Of a DNA stretch of 64,000 nucleotides, positions 51,661-61,430 are shown piece after piece. The position numbers were made by a program, and so were the translations under genes. The notes beneath the pieces are model-generated. The model did not search any database, was not told where the DNA came from, and saw nothing but the letters and a program-made list of their open reading frames with translations. The DNA is from Gammaproteobacteria bacterium (GTDB lineage Bacteria > Pseudomonadota > Gammaproteobacteria > SZUA-140). The stretch covers positions 225,430-289,429 of the forward strand of contig WFVD01000015.1 in assembly GCA_015491865.1 (NCBI GenBank). The letters run 5' to 3'. Each line of letters starts with the position of its first letter. Positions within the stretch are counted from its first letter, which is position 1.

Positions 51661-53166
51661 ATGGCTATAAAAATTACTGAAATTGACGGCATTGGTCAAG
51701 GGTATGCTACACAGTTGGAAAAGGCGGGAGTCTCCACCGTTCAGGAGCTGCTAAATGCCGCTAGCTCAGCGGAAGGGAAAACACTCTTATCAGAAACCAC
51801 CGGTATTCCCCGGCGGAAAATTGTACGATGGTTCAGCATAGGAAACTTTTTACGTGTAGAGGGACTCAACAGTGATTACGGCGACCTGCTGTATCGTGCT
51901 GGAACCAGCACCTTAACCGCTCTGGCTGAAAAAGACCCTGCAACCATTCTAGCGGAAATCAATGCGTTATCCTCACTCAGGCTTCGAAAAGAGAACCCGG
52001 CCCCAGATCAGGAGATGATCACCACCTGGCAGCAAGCTGCTCGAAAACTGGTAGAGGAGTTCGATTTACCCGGAGAGTCTACCCCGGATTATTCGCTTCC
52101 AGGCAATTACAGAGCGCTGAAAGACCTTATTGAAGAATCTGTTGAAGCTTCAAACTATCCCAGGCTGCTTAATCTGAGCAGCATTTTACGGGGACAGGCC
52201 TGGAGCCACATGGCACTAAGTCGCTCTTCCTACCAACTTTGGTACAGCACCGGAATGGCGATCCTTTCTGGGATGATGCGCACTGTTGCCCGAGTACACC
52301 AGGAAAAAGCGCGACAGGCGTTACTGGAAGCCGAAACTGATCCTGATTTCTTGCTTTCCAGTGACCGCAATACCAGTTTCCGATTAAGCCTTCTTGCCGA
52401 GCGCCTGGAGGATGATGCAAAAGCGCTCCGCACACCAATGTTTTCTCGTGATCTCGATGAACTGGCTGCACTAGCCGGACAAATGATTTTTCAGTATGAC
52501 ATCTTGCTGGAGGAGGTTTTGCGCATTTTACGCAAAACCCTAAACCCAAGAACGACGTTAAGCCAGGGTTATCTGATCAACCGGATTCTGGGAGCGAAAA
52601 TACTGGAAACCATGCAGGTGCAGTACGGCTTCGCCTGGTACCTGTTGTTTGCGCTTAATAGCCGGGAGCCAGAGAAGGAGCTGAAAGATCACTTTGAACA
52701 GGCTCAACACCTACCAATTGGCACAGAAACTCCCTTCAGCGACAGCGTTACCGTAAAAGATATCCTAGACTCGACTGTAAAACCTTGTGATACCAAAGTT
52801 CAGATATTGGGGCGCTTTTACCGTTTCTGGGACACCCAGGCTCAAGCCTTCACCTATGCACTAGAGGATGCAAGCGGAAAAATAACTGTAAAATTTGATA
52901 TCGATCCTCAGATTCCAGATGCGTATCATCTTTCAGTCTCTATTCTTGAGGGTGTAGTAAACGCTGTGGACGGAGAAGTTTATCTGAAAGCGAGCGGACT
53001 AAAACCTGAACTGAAAAAGGAAGCACGCTCAGCAACGGACTGGAATGCTCATCTACAGCAGTTTTTTGCTAAATGGAATCAGCAGTATCTGCCAGTTAGT
53101 TTCCGCACGCTGGATTGTTACCTTCATGTCGATGAGGTAATCAAATATCATTTCCGTCACCTTTAA
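51661..53166 (+). CDS. DUF4332 (helix-hairpin-helix) domain + helical region + putative OB fold
   Basis: EIDGIGQGYATQLEKAGVSTVQELL..LRVEGL..DLLYRAG..WQQAARKL; C-terminal KVQILG..LEDASGKITV. Confidence 0.7.
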   Translation: MAIKITEIDGIGQGYATQLEKAGVSTVQELLNAASSAEGKTLLSETTGIPRRKIVRWFSIGNFLRVEGLNSDYGDLLYRAGTSTLTALAEKDPATILAEINALSSLRLRKENPAPDQEMITTWQQAARKLVEEFDLPGESTPDYSLPGNYRALKDLIEESVEASNYPRLLNLSSILRGQAWSHMALSRSSYQLWYSTGMAILSGMMRTVARVHQEKARQALLEAETDPDFLLSSDRNTSFRLSLLAERLEDDAKALRTPMFSRDLDELAALAGQMIFQYDILLEEVLRILRKTLNPRTTLSQGYLINRILGAKILETMQVQYGFAWYLLFALNSREPEKELKDHFEQAQHLPIGTETPFSDSVTVKDILDSTVKPCDTKVQILGRFYRFWDTQAQAFTYALEDASGKITVKFDIDPQIPDAYHLSVSILEGVVNAVDGEVYLKASGLKPELKKEARSATDWNAHLQQFFAKWNQQYLPVSFRTLDCYLHVDEVIKYHFRHL

Positions 53167-53186
53167 CAACCATAAAGAAGAGAATC

Positions 53187-53738
53187 ATGGCTGAAGAATG
53201 CACATGCGATAGCAAACTCGCAAAGGTGGAAGAAAAAACTGCCAAAGTTGAGGAGCTGGAAGAAAAAATTGCTGGCGCATCAGATGAGCTTTGGGATATC
53301 GAATATGAATATGAATCCGTCGAAGCTGATTATGAAGATTATCTGCTGGAAAAGGAAAAACCATCGCAGGGTGAAGAAGGAGAATTATGCCTGGTGGTAG
53401 AAAGAATTACCATTTGCTACCCACCGGATAAAGAGGATGATTTTCAGCAGCTAAAAGATAAGATTGAGAAATTTCAGAAAAAACTCGAGAAGCTGAAGAA
53501 AAAGATCGAAGAAAAAGAAGATAAAATAAGTGAACTATCAAGTAAACTGACAACGGCTCTGGATGACCTTAGTGAAGCCGAGTCCGAATTTTACGAATGT
53601 GAAGCCAAGTTGATCACCACCGATGATGGCGTATCAATGAAAAAAAAGTGTGCCACCAAATGCAAAGGCTGCGGTCGCTACTACTCCCCGGAAGCCTTCA
53701 GTGCCTCGATTGAAGCGTGGGAACTGCTTAATAAATAA
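53187..53738 (+). CDS. Acidic coiled-coil protein with Cys clusters
   Basis: Two E/K-rich heptad runs; CTC, C..C in the central loop, and C-terminal CATKCKGC. Confidence 0.7.
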   Translation: MAEECTCDSKLAKVEEKTAKVEELEEKIAGASDELWDIEYEYESVEADYEDYLLEKEKPSQGEEGELCLVVERITICYPPDKEDDFQQLKDKIEKFQKKLEKLKKKIEEKEDKISELSSKLTTALDDLSEAESEFYECEAKLITTDDGVSMKKKCATKCKGCGRYYSPEAFSASIEAWELLNK

Positions 53739-54030
53739 TGAGGAACGCACTTACCACTGGCTAGCCATATTAAGCGATCTATAAATCAATCGGGGCGAAA
53801 AACATTCTGATTAGATTGTATCAAAGGCATCCCTGAAACGATTGAAGCACCTTTCCCAATAGCAAAACACAGCACTGCATAATTCACCAGATTAATAACT
53901 CGGTGAAGTATATGCCGTCCAAAAATCAAAAGGCTTTTATGGAAAATCTAAAGTGTGTTTATAAACCGGCAACACATAATACAGTAGAAGATACGTCATC
54001 CTGCTAAGCTGTAGCAACCCAGCGATTTGA

Positions 54031-54510
54031 TTAATGTTGATGACCACCCACACCATGTGCGTGGCCGTGGGCGATCTCTTCATCGCTGGCATCACGAATA
54101 TCCACCACCTCAAGGTCAAAGGTCAGGGTTTTCCCCGCAAACGGGTGGTTACTATCCACCGTCACCATAAATTTCCCAATCTTAACGACGGTAACCTGGC
54201 GCTGCCCCTGCTCTGTCTGCACTGTTGCAACCATCCCCGGCTTCCATTTCTTTGCGCCCTGAAGATGTTTCACAGGCACTCGCTGCAGTGACCCCTCAAC
54301 GCGCTCACCATAGGCCTCTTCAGGCGTTAACGTCACACTCAATTTAGCGCCAACACATTTTCCCGAGAGTGCATTCTCCACCCCGGCCATCATATTATTG
54401 TAGCCGTGCAGGTAGGCAACCGGCTTCCCTTTCGTCGATTCAAGCAGTGCCTGCTGCTCATCTTTCAACTCGTAGAGAAACTGAACGACCTTATTATCTT
54501 CTACCTTCAT
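54031..54510 (-). CDS. slyD: FKBP-type peptidyl-prolyl isomerase SlyD
   Basis: YLHG, PEEAYG, DSNHPFAGKTLTF, C-terminal HGHAHGVGGHQH. Confidence 0.95.
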   Translation of the reverse strand: MKVEDNKVVQFLYELKDEQQALLESTKGKPVAYLHGYNNMMAGVENALSGKCVGAKLSVTLTPEEAYGERVEGSLQRVPVKHLQGAKKWKPGMVATVQTEQGQRQVTVVKIGKFMVTVDSNHPFAGKTLTFDLEVVDIRDASDEEIAHGHAHGVGGHQH

Positions 54511-54633
54511 GATCTGACCCCGGATAAAAGCGCGCTATTTTACATGCCAAATGCATCCGCCGCATAGCGGTAATGAGGATTGTCATCATCAATAGAGGGA
54601 AAAGCCACCCACCTGTTTAGCGGGCTGTTAAAG

Positions 54634-55842
54634 TTATGCGTAATAATCGACCGCTTGAGATGAGAGCACTATTTCACCCTGCTCTGTCTCTGCTAGTTCA
54701 TGAGCACTACCTTCACCGCCCCGCTTATCATCGGCACCGTGCTCACGCTCCTGCTCAAACGACTGCTGCTGAGCAAAGGAGTGATCAGAGACATCGACAT
54801 CAACCAGATTCATACCGTTCTCACCTAGCATTTCACGTAATCTTGGCATGGCCGTCTCCAACGCTTCACGTACAGCCCCGTTTTGAACGCTGAAATTTAT
54901 CGTTGTCTGATCATTCTGCATAGAAATCTTCACCTCAACGGGGCCAAGATGAGCGGGATTCATTTTCAGTTCTGCCGCCTGCACCTGGCTATTGACCATC
55001 CACTTAACGCGATTACCCATCTCCTCGCCCCAGCTCGCCTGCTGGGAAAAAGGGGTGTTGATCGCGGCCTGCATCAATGGTCTGGTTTCATTGCCACCTT
55101 TTGCTTCAGCAGATATTGCCGTCAGGTTTCCCATTGCGCTGGTAAAACTCTCTCCCGTTTTGCTTTCACCGCCGCCATTCGCAGATTGCTTAAACAGCAT
55201 CGCATCACGCAGCATATTTGAGAGCTGCGGCCCGTTATTCAACACTGGCGCACTCTCCACCTGGGGCAAAAAGCGCACGCCAGCCAGATCATCATCGACC
55301 ATCTCTGCAGGAGTGAGAGCCAACTGTTTCATCATCAACGCTTGCTGTTGCTTCAACTGCTCCTGAGCGGCAATCTGTGAAGCGGGCCCTCCCTGCTCTG
55401 CCTGCTGACCCGAAAGCATCTGCCCCCTTGCGCTACTACTCTCAACCACTGCTGCTGGCATCACGGCGAGCTGCTGTGCAACATTGGGGTTATCCGCTAA
55501 TTCACCGCCGCTTTCCAGTAGCGGCTGCTCTAACAGCCTCTTCTGTTCATCACTGTTTAGCAGGTTATTCGCATTGCGTGCGACACCCCCTTCTGTCACG
55601 CCTGGTGGCAATAATTGCCCATCAAGCGGCAACTCCTGCCCCCCAAAGGGGGTAACCAACTGGGGTTTAAACGGAGTCTGGTCGGACTGCTGCAATGATG
55701 AAAGTGTGTTTGAGAAGAGCGGGGAAAAGGGTGTCTGCTCAGACGAAACAGCGTTAGAGACGCTATTCAGGCTACTGGGGGCCTGTCTCGCTGCATCTGT
55801 GGCACTGACTGCCAGTATTAAATTGGTGGGCAAGCTCTGCAT
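54634..55842 (-). CDS. fliK: Flagellar hook-length control protein FliK
   Basis: Low-complexity N-terminus; C-terminal WGEEMGNRVKWMV..LKMNPAHLGPVEV..AMPRLREML; follows fliJ. Confidence 0.85.
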   Translation of the reverse strand: MQSLPTNLILAVSATDAARQAPSSLNSVSNAVSSEQTPFSPLFSNTLSSLQQSDQTPFKPQLVTPFGGQELPLDGQLLPPGVTEGGVARNANNLLNSDEQKRLLEQPLLESGGELADNPNVAQQLAVMPAAVVESSSARGQMLSGQQAEQGGPASQIAAQEQLKQQQALMMKQLALTPAEMVDDDLAGVRFLPQVESAPVLNNGPQLSNMLRDAMLFKQSANGGGESKTGESFTSAMGNLTAISAEAKGGNETRPLMQAAINTPFSQQASWGEEMGNRVKWMVNSQVQAAELKMNPAHLGPVEVKISMQNDQTTINFSVQNGAVREALETAMPRLREMLGENGMNLVDVDVSDHSFAQQQSFEQEREHGADDKRGGEGSAHELAETEQGEIVLSSQAVDYYA

Positions 55843-55900
55843 TATACGCTTCTCTTATCGCCTGTTGCGACCTGGTCAATATTAGTTACACAGAATACAG

Positions 55901-55916
55901 AGCAAAGGGTGTGCCA
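55901..55916 (-). promoter_or_regulatory. sigma54 promoter of fliK
   Basis: Minus strand TGGCAC-ACCCT-TTGCT, a consensus match. Confidence 0.85.
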
Positions 55917-55923
55917 ATCATGT

Positions 55924-56367
55924 TTAAAGTGGGAACCTGTTTCTCCCGATGTGCTGTGAACGTTCATCAGACTCCGCCTGTTCCTTTTTTTCGCGCGCTT
56001 CATCTTCCTGCTGCCGATAGCGCTCAGTCACCTTTCCCAGCGCCTGATGGCGGGCTCTCATCTCCAGCCATGCTCTATTTTTCTCCTCTAGTTGCACTTC
56101 GCATGCCACTAACTGAGCCTCTTGCTGCTCAACTGCCACCGACAGGCGTACGATAAAACTGCGGTAATCATTGATCTGCGCAATATTCATCCCGTTGCGC
56201 CCACCGTCGCGCAGACGCTGAAGGTATTCCGCCTGATATTGCCTTAACTCAATCAGCTTCGCCTCCTGCTGATCGATCACCTTTCGATATTCGCTCAATG
56301 CCAGAGCGGCATCCTCTTCACGCTCTTTCGCTATTTTGATCACAGGCTGTAGACGACGAGACTTCAA
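55924..56367 (-). CDS. fliJ: Flagellar export protein FliJ
   Basis: SRRLQPV, YRSFIVRL, KKEQAESDE; position after fliI. Confidence 0.9.
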   Translation of the reverse strand: MKSRRLQPVIKIAKEREEDAALALSEYRKVIDQQEAKLIELRQYQAEYLQRLRDGGRNGMNIAQINDYRSFIVRLSVAVEQQEAQLVACEVQLEEKNRAWLEMRARHQALGKVTERYRQQEDEAREKKEQAESDERSQHIGRNRFPL

Positions 56368-56396
56368 TACAACTCCTTATATCTGTTCACTAAACG

Positions 56397-57773
56397 TCAT
56401 TGTCCTGCCGGAACAACATTGGTTGCAGCCATTGGTCTGTTCACAAGTGCCGACAGCTGCTGCATGCCGCTCTGCAGGTTCACTGACTCTGAAATGTTCT
56501 GCTGCAGAAAGGCTCTAAGGTGTGGATAGAATTCAATCGCCTCATCCACCTCTGGATCACTGCCTCTGGTATAGGCACCGACGTTAATCAGATCACGGTT
56601 CTGCTGATAGCAGGAGTAGAGCTGCTTGAAACGGCTCACCTCTTTCTGGTGAGATTCGGTGGTGATCTCTGTCATCACACGGCTAATCGATGCCTCGATA
56701 TCGATCGCGGGATAGTGCCCGGCATCAGCCAGTTTACGTGACAACACAAAGTGGCCATCCAGAATGGCTCGCGCAGAATCGGCGATCGGGTCCTGCTGAT
56801 CGTCACCCTCAGTTAGCACTGTGTAGAAGGCGGTGATTGATCCACCATTTTCTGTGGTACCTGCACGCTCAGCCAGCTGTGGCAGTTTCGCAAAGACAGA
56901 GGGTGGATAGCCTTTGGTTGCGGGCGGTTCACCAATCGCGAGGGCGATTTCACGCTGTGCCTGTGCATAACGTGTCAATGAATCCATCAGCAGCAACACC
57001 CGCTTCCCCTGGTCACGAAAATACTCGGCGATGCTGGTGGCCATCATGGCACCATGCATCCGCATCAAGGGTGGATTGTCGGCAGGGGTTGCCACCACTA
57101 CTGCACGTGCCAGCCCCTGCGGCCCTAAAATGTTATCGGTAAACTCTTTCACCTCCCGGCCACGCTCGCCAATCAGACCAACGACGACGACGTCGGCATT
57201 GGTGTAGCGTGTCATCATCCCGAGCAATACACTTTTACCCACACCACTACCAGCAAACAGACCAAGACGCTGACCACGTCCAACCGTTAGCAGTGTATTG
57301 ATTGCACGCACACCGACATCCAGCGGTTCACGGATCGGTGGCCGTCGCAATGGGTTGAGCGGTTTGGCGCTCAACGGCATCGTACCTTCTGCAACCAACG
57401 GCCCTTTATCATCAAGCGGTTTACCAGCGCCATCGATCACACGTCCCAGCAGCTCTTTGCCAACGAGCGCCTCATAAGCTTGTGCTGAAGGGATGACCCT
57501 GGCATTCGGCACAATCCCCTGCACCTCTCCACTGGGCATCAGATAGGTTTTATCTCCAGCAAAACCGACCACCTCCGCTTCAATCGGCTGTGAATTGACG
57601 CTACTGATCAGGCAACGTCCACCGACAGCAACCTGGCAACCCACCGCTTCCAGCGTTAATCCAACCATCCGCGTTAACTTGCCTTCAACGACTAATGTCG
57701 GGGGCTCCCCCAACTTGTCACGGTAGCTCGCAATTCGCTCTTTCCAGAGGGCACTACGCCGGTGCATTTGCAT
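56397..57773 (-). CDS. fliI: Flagellar export ATPase FliI (start approximate)
   Basis: [32 protein letters not shown]. Confidence 0.96.
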   Translation of the reverse strand: MQMHRRSALWKERIASYRDKLGEPPTLVVEGKLTRMVGLTLEAVGCQVAVGGRCLISSVNSQPIEAEVVGFAGDKTYLMPSGEVQGIVPNARVIPSAQAYEALVGKELLGRVIDGAGKPLDDKGPLVAEGTMPLSAKPLNPLRRPPIREPLDVGVRAINTLLTVGRGQRLGLFAGSGVGKSVLLGMMTRYTNADVVVVGLIGERGREVKEFTDNILGPQGLARAVVVATPADNPPLMRMHGAMMATSIAEYFRDQGKRVLLLMDSLTRYAQAQREIALAIGEPPATKGYPPSVFAKLPQLAERAGTTENGGSITAFYTVLTEGDDQQDPIADSARAILDGHFVLSRKLADAGHYPAIDIEASISRVMTEITTESHQKEVSRFKQLYSCYQQNRDLINVGAYTRGSDPEVDEAIEFYPHLRAFLQQNISESVNLQSGMQQLSALVNRPMAATNVVPAGQ

Positions 57774-58404
57774 GATCCCCTTCGCGCTCACCGCCCATCA
57801 ACTCAGCCACCACTGCGGCGAGGCGTGCTTCAATTGAGGCATCCAGTTCTGCATGCTCAGTCTCAAGACGACAGCCACCGCGCGTTAATGATGGATCGTC
57901 AATCAGCTCCCATCGACCCTGCTCCGATATCGATAATGACTCTTTAAGCAGCGCGGCATCTTCTGGATGAAGGTATACTTTTATTGTACGAGAGGTGGTT
58001 GGGAGTACAGCCACCGCTTCTCTCACCACTGCAACGATCTCTCCCGGGTTGGTTTTAATCTCTCGACGCACCATGTGCTTCGCTATCGTCATGGCCAGGG
58101 TGACAAGTTCATCGACCACTACATCATCCAGCTCTGCTAACGGCTGCGACAGCTGCCCAATCACCTCGGCAAGGTTACTGGCCTGTTGATTCAGGTTCGC
58201 CTCTCCTGCCGCAACACCTTCCTGTCTGCCTTTGGCAAAACCTTCGTCGTAACCTTGCTGGCGTCGCACCTCAATCTCTTTTTTTGTGAGTTCACTGACT
58301 ATCTGACGGGCAGGCGCATTACCGGCAGCCGTTAAGCCAACTTCAGGCAGCTTCCAGCGTGAGCAATCCTCAGAATCTTCAGAAAGAATAATACGGCTAG
58401 ACAT
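57754..58404 (-). CDS. fliH: Flagellar assembly protein FliH
   Basis: [13 protein letters not shown] repeats, [14 protein letters not shown]; start at ATG 58404 overlapping the fliG stop. Confidence 0.92.
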   Translation of the reverse strand: MSSRIILSEDSEDCSRWKLPEVGLTAAGNAPARQIVSELTKKEIEVRRQQGYDEGFAKGRQEGVAAGEANLNQQASNLAEVIGQLSQPLAELDDVVVDELVTLAMTIAKHMVRREIKTNPGEIVAVVREAVAVLPTTSRTIKVYLHPEDAALLKESLSISEQGRWELIDDPSLTRGGCRLETEHAELDASIEARLAAVVAELMGGEREGDHANAPA

Positions 58405-59407
58405 ATTCGTCTGACCCCTTGCCTCCGAGCTGTATGTCACCCGATTCGGCCATACGCCTTGTAATAGAGAGAATCTCCTTCTGTGCAGCTTCAACATCAC
58501 TGAGTTTGACAGGCCCTCGCGCTTCCAGGTCATCCTTCAACATTTCACCAGCACGCTTGGACATGTTGTCAAAGATTTTTGCCTGCAGGTCTGGTTCTGC
58601 TCCTTTCAGTGCCAGCACTAGCGTTTCAGAGGAGACCTCACGCAACAGCGCCTGAATACCACGGTCATCGATGTTCACCAGATCAGCAAAAACAAACATC
58701 AAATCCTGAATACTCTCACCCAGTTCGTTATCGAACTCAGCGATCTGTTCCATGATCACGCTCTCTTCAGCACTGTCCATAAAGTTCAGAATACTGGCTG
58801 CTGTTTTGATACCCCCAACTGTTGCAGATTTTACCGCTGTATTTCCCTTAAACTGTTTCTCAATCACGTTGTTCAGTTCTTCAAGTGCCGAGGGTTGCAA
58901 ACGATCAAGTGTCGCCACCCTCAGTAGCACATCGAGCCGCACCTTCTCAGGTAACAGACCAATCACTTCTGCCGCCTGCTCAGAATCAAGGTAGGAAAGA
59001 ACGACCGATATAATCTGAGGGTGCTCAAGGCGTATCACTTCCACAACTGCTCGCGGGTCCATCCATTTCAACTGCTCCAGACCTGACGAGCTAGTGCCCA
59101 TCAGGACCCGATCAATCACACTCCCCGCCTTGTCTTCGCCTAGCGCCTTGACCAGAACGCTCTTTAAATATTCATCGGAACCTACACCAAAGGCAGTTTC
59201 ATTATCGGCTGTCTTACAAAAGTCGCCCAGTACAGCATCCGCCTGTTCACGTGAGATGTTGCTCAGTTTTGTCATCGCCTCACTGACGCGATGTACTTCC
59301 TTTGGACCGATATATTTCAGGACTTCAGAAGCGCCCTGCTCTCCCAGGCTCATCAGCAGTATAGCCGCCCTATCAACCCCGGACAGCTCCTCTTTTTTAT
59401 CCACCAT
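58397..59407 (-). CDS. fliG: Flagellar motor switch protein FliG
   Basis: RAAILLMSLGE, EHPQ, MFVF, NMSKRA. Confidence 0.97.
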   Translation of the reverse strand: MVDKKEELSGVDRAAILLMSLGEQGASEVLKYIGPKEVHRVSEAMTKLSNISREQADAVLGDFCKTADNETAFGVGSDEYLKSVLVKALGEDKAGSVIDRVLMGTSSSGLEQLKWMDPRAVVEVIRLEHPQIISVVLSYLDSEQAAEVIGLLPEKVRLDVLLRVATLDRLQPSALEELNNVIEKQFKGNTAVKSATVGGIKTAASILNFMDSAEESVIMEQIAEFDNELGESIQDLMFVFADLVNIDDRGIQALLREVSSETLVLALKGAEPDLQAKIFDNMSKRAGEMLKDDLEARGPVKLSDVEAAQKEILSITRRMAESGDIQLGGKGSDEYV

Positions 59408-61010
59408 CAGCGGCTACCCAGTTGTTAACTACCTGTGCGACGCGCTTGGGATCCTGTGTGGCTAAGGCCCGAGCTGTATTTAAGTTATTCTCGCTGCTCT
59501 GCTGCGACTGATTATCTCCGGATAATGTTAATTGGTCGTTCTGTATTCCTGCGCCACTCTGATCTAATATCATCGGTTGAGCAGCCACCACCTCACCTTT
59601 GGCAGCCAACTCTCTCAGCACTGGACGTAGCACACCAAAGAGTAAGAAGAACACTACCGCGCCGGCTAACACCTGCTTCCCAATATCCCATATCTCTGGT
59701 TTCTCCATCAATGACGGCTCAGGCAGTGGCTCCATCTCGGCAGGAACTGTAAATGATTCGTTAATCACATTAACACTATCACCGCGCTGCCCATTAAAAC
59801 CGATCGCCTCTTTTACTAATCTTGTGATTCGTTGCACCTCTTCTTCTGTCAGGGCTGTTCTCACCGTCTCACCATCCTCGTTGAGAGACTGTTTATCATC
59901 GAGCAGAACAGCTACGGAGAGCCTTCTAATATCACCACCACTATTACTAATATGGCTGATGGTGCGATCCAGCTCATAATTACGAGTTGCACGTATCGTG
60001 GAGCTTACTGGCGGACGCTTTGCACCTTCTGATGCAGCATTGGCAGCGAGATTATCGGGTGGTTGATTAGAGAGACTTCCGGGTATACCGCTCAATCCCT
60101 GACTTCCAGTACGTCGCTCTTCAAGTGTCTGCTCACTCCGTATTGCAGGAAGATCGGGGTTAAAACTTTCCTGCGTCTGCTCCATCACGGTAAAATCGAT
60201 ATCTGCAGAGACTTGCGCACGCACCCCACCCGCTCCCATGATCGGGGTCAGGATACTTTCAATTCTTTTGATGTAGTAATCTTCAAGTCGTTTCCGGTAA
60301 TCAAACTGGGTTGAGCTGACACGCATATCCTCCGATGATTCTGATGAAGTCAGCAAACGCCCTTTTTGGTCGATAACAGTCACATCACTTGCCTCAAGGC
60401 TTGGGATACTCGCCGCCACCATGTGGCTGATTGCTGTTACCTGGCCATCTTTTAGTAGACGACCGGCAAATAGATCAACCGTCACCGACGCCTTTGGTTT
60501 CTTGCGCGCACGTGCAAATGCGGTCTGCTTTGGGATAGCTAAATGAACCCGCGCACTTCGAACATTATTTAACGACCCTATCGTTCGCGCCAGCTCCCCT
60601 TCTAATGCGCGCTGGTAACGTGCATTTTCCATAAATTGACTCACGCCAAACCCCTGATCTTTATCCAGCATCTCGAAGCCGACACCGCCACCACGAGGAA
60701 GGCCTTCTGAAGCCAGTTTAAGGCGAGCTTCATAGACACTTTTACCCGCGACAAGAATGGCGCCCGTTTGGCTATCAACTTTATAGGGGATCGCGGCTTG
60801 CTGAAGTGAGTTCGCAATATCACCAGAATCCTGCTCGGAGAGATTGCTGTATAACATGCGATAATTAGGGTCCTGCGACCACTGCACAATTGCGACACCT
60901 ATTGCGACACTAGCCGCCAGACCGATCATCAATCCCAGCTGTCGCATCAGCGATAAACCATTAAACCCTCTTGAGGAGAGCAGTACATCATCAGTTTTTA
61001 CCAGCGCCAT
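59397..61010 (-). CDS. fliF: Flagellar MS-ring protein FliF
   Basis: RALEGELARTI, ARVHLAIP, RNYELDRTI, RGDSVNV. Confidence 0.97.
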   Translation of the reverse strand: MALVKTDDVLLSSRGFNGLSLMRQLGLMIGLAASVAIGVAIVQWSQDPNYRMLYSNLSEQDSGDIANSLQQAAIPYKVDSQTGAILVAGKSVYEARLKLASEGLPRGGGVGFEMLDKDQGFGVSQFMENARYQRALEGELARTIGSLNNVRSARVHLAIPKQTAFARARKKPKASVTVDLFAGRLLKDGQVTAISHMVAASIPSLEASDVTVIDQKGRLLTSSESSEDMRVSSTQFDYRKRLEDYYIKRIESILTPIMGAGGVRAQVSADIDFTVMEQTQESFNPDLPAIRSEQTLEERRTGSQGLSGIPGSLSNQPPDNLAANAASEGAKRPPVSSTIRATRNYELDRTISHISNSGGDIRRLSVAVLLDDKQSLNEDGETVRTALTEEEVQRITRLVKEAIGFNGQRGDSVNVINESFTVPAEMEPLPEPSLMEKPEIWDIGKQVLAGAVVFFLLFGVLRPVLRELAAKGEVVAAQPMILDQSGAGIQNDQLTLSGDNQSQQSSENNLNTARALATQDPKRVAQVVNNWVAADGG

Positions 61011-61066
61011 AATCGTCTCTTTAAAATTGTAAACAGATCTACACTACCCATTGAAAACATAACCGC

Positions 61067-61387
61067 CTATATCGGCATACTCATCACATCCTGATAAGCA
61101 GAGATTAGTTTATTTCGCACCTGGACCATCGCCTGAAAAGAGACACTCGCCTTTTGCGAGGCAACCATCACATCAACCAGATCCACATTTTCATCTCCCA
61201 TCGTAAAAGACTTTTTCAATGAGCTAGACTCTTTCTGTACTGTATTCACCTGGTTGATGGCATCTTTTAACTGGGCTGAAAAGTCTAGCCCAGCCGAGCT
61301 TTTGCCAACATCAGGTTCAACACCTTTTGCTTCTAATGCACTACTGCGCAGTTGTGATAACAGGTAATTTACATCTATTTCACTCAT
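61067..61387 (-). CDS. fliE: Flagellar hook-basal body protein FliE
   Basis: DVMVASQKASVSF..QVRNKLISAYQDVMSMPI. Confidence 0.96.
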   Translation of the reverse strand: MSEIDVNYLLSQLRSSALEAKGVEPDVGKSSAGLDFSAQLKDAINQVNTVQKESSSLKKSFTMGDENVDLVDVMVASQKASVSFQAMVQVRNKLISAYQDVMSMPI

Positions 61388-61430
61388 GACTATTCCTCCT
61401 TACTACAACCTCTATACCTATTCTGGCCTA

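Noticed and set aside
51239-53775. ACTGGCT-containing similarity on both sides of the nuclease island as att sites
   Set aside because: Only about 7 nt are identical, and no integrase or tRNA is nearby.
58405-58533. N-terminal extension of FliH in the ORF track
   Set aside because: It overlaps the fliG coding sequence; ATG 58404 gives the usual coupled start.
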